From NCBI GenBank assembly GCA_003568775.1, contig MWMI01000001.1:30001-62000 (forward strand): a DNA stretch of 32,000 nucleotides, written 5' to 3'. This DNA comes from Candidatus Nanoclepta minutus (GTDB lineage Archaea > Nanobdellota > Nanobdellia > Nanobdellales > Nanobdellaceae). Shown here piece after piece: positions 31,270 to 32,000 of the stretch. Made by a program: the position numbers and the translations under genes. Under the pieces are notes generated by a model, which did no database searches, was not told the origin of the DNA, and saw only the letters and a list, made by a program, of their open reading frames with translations. The number at the start of each line of letters is the position of its first letter. The first letter of the stretch is position 1.

Positions 31270-32000
31270 TGAGAGGGATTTCTATATCTGATATAGTACT
31301 ATATATAATAGCAACGGTAGTAATAGTCGGACTATCTTTTTACTTTGCTTTTTTTATAAGTGCGCAATATTCCGTATCTTTAAATTCAGATACGTATCTT
31401 TTATTTTTAAATAGCCTATATTCCTATAGGATAAACTATTGCTTATACAACATTACATCTAATCCCACCTATCTATTCTTCTTCCTTAAGGATATGGATT
31501 TTTCCAACATAAAAGGAATACATAACTGTTTTAGTAAAGTTATAACAAACGTTAGAGTTCTAGAAGGCAATTATTCTACCTATTCAGATGATGACTTGAA
31601 GAGACTCAGTTTGTCCATATGTGGCCAGGAGGATAGTAATTTCATAAGTTTTATAGAAAATAATTACAAAAATTGTGATATATTGATTTATAGAGAAAAG
31701 AACATTTCTTCAGTTCCAATATTTTCGTATTACGATATATATAACTCTAAGCTGGGATGGATAACTGAAACTGCAAGATCTCTCCTCGATCAGGAAGAAT
31801 CTCAGAAAGGTTTTTTGGAAGGATTACTAGAGAATATCTTTAAGGTTGTTTCTCCTATTGGTTATTTAGCATACGAGTATCTTAAGGATTACTATAAAAA
31901 CTTACTATTTGAGAGCTTGAAGACTAGTTCTGAAACCTTCATCAGCTGTAATTTGGATAGGGAATATTCAATATTTCCACTATATTCGGTTCAGAATCTG
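31266..32000 (+). CDS. operon gene J: protein with canonical archaeal class III (prepilin-type) signal, 3'-partial, unknown family
   Basis: It is absent from the ORF track because it has no stop in the window. My translation is open from ATG 31266/31269 to nt 32000: M(M)RGISISDIVLYIIATVVIVGLSFYFAFFISAQ... The ATG overlaps the stop of I (ATGA). Confidence 0.7.
   Translation, partial: MMRGISISDIVLYIIATVVIVGLSFYFAFFISAQYSVSLNSDTYLLFLNSLYSYRINYCLYNITSNPTYLFFFLKDMDFSNIKGIHNCFSKVITNVRVLEGNYSTYSDDDLKRLSLSICGQEDSNFISFIENNYKNCDILIYREKNISSVPIFSYYDIYNSKLGWITETARSLLDQEESQKGFLEGLLENIFKVVSPIGYLAYEYLKDYYKNLLFESLKTSSETFISCNLDREYSIFPLYSVQNL

Noticed and set aside
24853-32000. The pilin-like block considered as an integrated virus or mobile element targeting tRNA-Ile.
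   Set aside because: No integrase, transposase or capsid-like gene is visible, and I could find no direct repeat of the tRNA 3' end. argS separates the tRNA from the block. Composition and the overlap-coupling style match the rest of the window. The downstream boundary is outside the window, so this cannot be fully excluded.
1-32000. CRISPR arrays, cas genes, IS elements and rRNA genes.
   Set aside because: I saw no regularly spaced direct repeats, no transposase-like ORFs and no rRNA-like GC-rich stretches. The only GC-rich islands are the three tRNAs and the C/D sRNA.

Overview
This is a strongly AT-rich (by eye about 30% G+C, not computed), extremely gene-dense archaeal chromosome segment. 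Genes abut or overlap, with frequent TAATG and ATGA stop/start overlaps. Spacers are short and carry TTTTTAT/TTTTTAA-type TATA elements about 25 nt upstream of starts. The three tRNA genes are GC-rich islands (tRNA-Leu is 58/84 G+C by my count), which is typical of a thermophile with an AT-rich genome.

Positions 1 to 26.9 kb are almost entirely information-processing housekeeping. In order: PIN/KH P-loop ATPase (5' partial), ABCE1/RLI, DUF5679 zinc ribbon, a truncated NFACT/Rqc2-like protein, a canonical C/D box sRNA 4 nt upstream of tRNA-Leu(GAG), type IA topoisomerase, thymidylate kinase, aCPSF1/FttA, proteasome beta, TBP, IleRS, a membrane-anchored DsbA-like oxidoreductase, aEF-1alpha, S10, Nop5, fibrillarin, a C2H2 zinc-finger protein, DUF655, Rpo4/F, L21e, tRNA-Trp(CCA), aIF1A, NMD3-like, DUF424, aIF2beta, an RPA32-like OB/wH protein, MCM, an intron-containing tRNA-Ile(UAU) and ArgRS. 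The UAU isoleucine tRNA, the sRNA-tRNA unit, the truncated-looking genes and the compaction point by inference to a Nanoarchaeota-like lineage.

The last 5 kb (26922 to the window end) is different. It is one co-directional, translationally coupled operon of at least ten genes, three of them below the ORF-track cutoff. All encode N-terminally anchored, prepilin-signal-like or single-helix membrane proteins that I cannot assign to any family. Paralogy within the operon is mosaic, the larger proteins have even cysteine counts, and some tails are dense in glycosylation sequons. This operon is the candidate novel system.
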